Positions 60,899 to 64,000 of a stretch of 64,000 nucleotides of DNA are shown in pieces. The translations under genes were made by a program, and so were the position numbers. A model generated the notes under the pieces. The model was not told the origin of the DNA. It saw only the letters and a program-made list of their open reading frames with translations, and searched no databases. Source of the DNA: Eledone cirrhosa (Eukaryota); NCBI GenBank assembly GCA_964016885.1, contig OZ024747.1, positions 7,750,001 to 7,814,000 on the forward strand. Direction: 5' to 3'. The first letter of the stretch is position 1, and each line of letters starts with the position of its first letter.

Positions 60899-61237
60899 GG
60901 CACATGGCTTAGTGGTTAGAGCATTGGCCTTGCAATCTAAAGGTTGTGAGTTCAATTCTCGGACCGGGTGGTGTGTTTTTTCCTTGAGCAAGAGACTTTA
61001 TTTCACATTGTTCCAGTTTACTCAGCTGTAGAAATGAGATGATAGGGAATGAGGTCCCTATCATTCCACTGCAAAGTGGTCGTGGAGGTGCCACGGCAAA
61101 AAAGTACCCATCACTCACTGTAAATGAGGTTGGTGTTAGGAAGGGCATCCAGCTGTAGAAATCAAGCCAGTATCAGTTCCCGTCCCACCCTTGCAAGCAA
61201 GGAAAAGCGGACGTAAAATGATGATGATGATGATGAT
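60899..61237 (+). mobile_element. Full-length tRNA-derived SINE with an RTE-derived 3' tail
   Basis: A box TGGCTTAGTGG, B box GAGTTCAATTC. Segment 61066-61160 matches the RTE-B 3' UTR (55671-55808); ends in (ATG)n. Confidence 0.9.
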
Positions 61238-63079
61238 CTGCATATTATATTTTTACTGTATCTGTGGTAAAACTTCAGGTTTTGTTTCCAGGTTAACTTC
61301 CAGAATAACTTCCAGAATGGTTCCTAATATTCCTCCAAGAAGATTTGAACTGTTTTGTGGTCACAATGTTGTTGTCTTTAGTTGAAATGATGGGATATAT
61401 ATATATTTATATATATTTATATTATATATATATTATATTAATGCTGCCTTCTACCTATCCTTTCTGGTGTGTGCACATATGTGCGTATGTGTCTGTCTGT
61501 CTCTGTAGATGTCACTGTGTATGTGTCTCACTCTTTGGCCGTCGGTGTGTCTGCGTGTGCACCTGAGTCTCTGGACACCAGTGTGTGTATGTGTTTCTCT
61601 TGATGTAGTGGTGAGTGAAATATCTACCTCACCCTCTGCCTCTCACCTCACCCTCTGCCTCTCACCTCACCCTCTGCCTGTCCCTGCCTCTCACCCCACT
61701 CTGTCTGTCTTTGTCCCTTACAAAATGCCAACAATTCTGTGAAATCACATAAATGTTAACTCTGGCATGACCTTTCACAAACTTCTTCCCTTAAGCTGTG
61801 TGTGTGTTACATAAATATAGTTCCTGCTTCAGGAGTTTCCACTAGTTTTAGATTCATAACAATACACAACAGCTTTCCATAGCTTATTTCTGTTATGCAG
61901 TGTATGCTGTGTGGTTGAATGTGCCGGTGTGCATTGTGTTGTTTCTCTCTGTGCGTTGGTGTGGTCCTGCGACTCGGTGTATTTGTGTAGGGTTCTGCGT
62001 GTAGGCTTGTATGCCTTGTTTTTTGGTTAGGTATGTGCTGGTGTAATTATGTATGATTGTGAGTGGTTAATGTGTTGTATTTGTCTCTGTGTGGTTGTGG
62101 TTGTGTACATACGTCTGTGCATGGTTTTGGGAGGCTCGTAATTTTTGGTAGACATTTTTGTTAAGACTAACTTCTCACCAGATTTCCTAAATTGTTAGGT
62201 GGTCAATGATTTGCTGATCAAATATTGACCATTTTTAGTCACGGTTATGTTGCTTTTATATTATGTGGAACAAGTACTTAAAATGCTCCCTATTTTAAGG
62301 GAGGCAAGGAATGAGATAAATTTAAAGTTGGTTGTTGTGTGGACCTAGTCTTTTTTTTTTTGTTTTTGTTTTTTTGTAGGCATACTGTGTCTAGGACTAG
62401 ATTATCCAATATGACCTATTTATTTTAAAGAGGTGGGATGTAGTTTATGGGAAATTTAGCTGCTACTTCTAGCAGGTCAAACAAAAGTAGAAATAACCTT
62501 GGTCTTGCTTTCTCATAGTTAGGTGTTTATGTGTAGGAGGTGAATCTAGATAGGTTCTGTTACTCCTGGAATATATTTAGTGCCAGCCAGAATTTTAAAT
62601 GGAGCTAGTTATTGCATTGTGACTATTATGTAAAATAATTGTAAGTTTCAATAGCTGTTATGCCTCTCTTTCCCTTCCCCACTCTCAATTTAGAAAGGCA
62701 CAGTTAACTTTGGAAATGATTAGGAGTTTGAGAAGCATTTGGTAGTTTAACTAATTTTCTCATTAAGTGTTTGGAGCATAACTTGACAGGTTCTTGCTTA
62801 GAATTGTGATGGAGGGTTTTTGGATAGATGTAGACACTTTAAAACAAAGTTTTGTATTTTGGAACCAGTGACAGTTTGAAGCAGTTTGGAATCAAGAGTT
62901 ATTCTATTAACAATGGAAGGATCAAAGCTAAGTTAACTCGGGTAGAATTTGAGCTCAGATATCTAAAGCTGGAACAATGTGATTGAAGTGCCTTGCTCAA
63001 GGTTATATCGCAATAGTCCAGGGATTGAACCCACAATCTTACAATCATGTGTGGGTGTCTGTGTGTATACAACAACCCT

Positions 63080-63330
63080 TCTAATGCTGGTGTCGCACAA
63101 AATGCACCTGGTATAACCTTTAAGGTGATTGGTAACATGATAAAATGCACCTAGTACACTCTGTAAAGCGGTTGGTGATAGGAAGGGCATCCAGCCACAG
63201 AAAACTTGCCAAACAAAGGATTAAGAGGATTCTTCAGTTGTCAAAGACACGACCACCTCTAGTGCTGGTGCCATAAAATGCACCCATCCAACCCTTGCTA
63301 GCAGGGAAAATGGACATTAAATGATGATGC
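63080..63330 (+). mobile_element. Diverged RTE-type/SINE 3' tail
   Basis: CTGTAAAGCGGTTGGTGATAGGAAGGGCATCCAGC...GGACATTAAATGATGATG. Confidence 0.7.
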
Positions 63331-64000
63331 TGCTGTATGAAGCACTGAGTGTTGTATTTTTTAATATGACAAAGTATGTAAATATAACAGCTAAACATCA
63401 AATGTAATTGGCTTATTAGTCAGATTTTAGTGTGGTAGTGTAGTCTGTGAATGGATGAGAAATTCTGGGATGAATACTAGAATGCAAAGGTGCAGTAAGT
63501 TGCCTGTACAATGTGTGAGCGTGTGTGTGTGTGTGTATGTTGGAGCTAGATCAATGAAGACTTGAAATAAATAAGCCGGCTTTGGTGTTGAAAACATTGG
63601 CTTTTACTGACGAATTTACACAGGATCAATAAGTATGCAGAAATAACGTGTCACAGATCTTTCCAGCCAAGAGTGGTAAGAGGAGAAAATGGTCTCTTTT
63701 GCTGGCTTGTTCCCCCTCTGTTTTTCTCTCTCTCTCTTTCTCTCTCTCATGGAGAGCTAAGTACATCTCTGTAATGTAAGTTATTTGCTGAAGTTGGTGG
63801 TGATTGTGTTTGTTGGTTAAAAAGTCTATGAAAGAAGACCTGGCATGAAGGCAGTAGTTAGGTAAGATGAGAATCAAGACACAAGGGTGAGAAATGCAGT
63901 TTGATTTGTTGCAGGCTTGCCAATGTCAGAAATCATACATCACAATATTCTGCTTCTTCCAACTTATCTTCTTCATACATGTGTTTGAGTGTTGCATTTT

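Noticed and set aside
60899-60970. tRNA gene
   Set aside because: A/B boxes are present but there is no complete cloverleaf, and it continues into a SINE body and LINE tail.

Overview
AT-rich, microsatellite-rich animal genomic DNA. The SINE/LINE repertoire points to an octopod cephalopod (inference). The only well-supported host gene is a beta-TrCP/Slimb (BTRC/FBXW11-like) F-box-WD40 gene on the + strand. Three consecutive in-phase exons (58596-58824, 59734-59920, 60328-60421) encode its dimerisation domain and F-box, and there is a weak candidate upstream exon at 42084-42320. The rest is probably intronic or upstream sequence. It holds a ~22 kb (TA)n/(TATG)n microsatellite nest (9.4-31.1 kb) containing truncated RTE LINEs, an R4/Dong-type RLE retrotransposon, a CR1-type fragment and Penelope-like elements with hammerhead ribozyme motifs. 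Also present are two large minisatellites (39 bp and 28 bp units), several tRNA-derived SINE families, MITEs and a mariner relic. The most notable observations: a C4HC3 PHD-type finger inserted inside the RTE reverse transcriptase; a ~337 bp loopless palindrome carrying a complete hammerhead on each strand; near-identical RTE copies in inverted orientation; and mirrored variant patterns in the TA arrays. The long Tyr/Ile/His/Cys ORFs are microsatellite artefacts. All coordinates were read by eye and no database searches were run.
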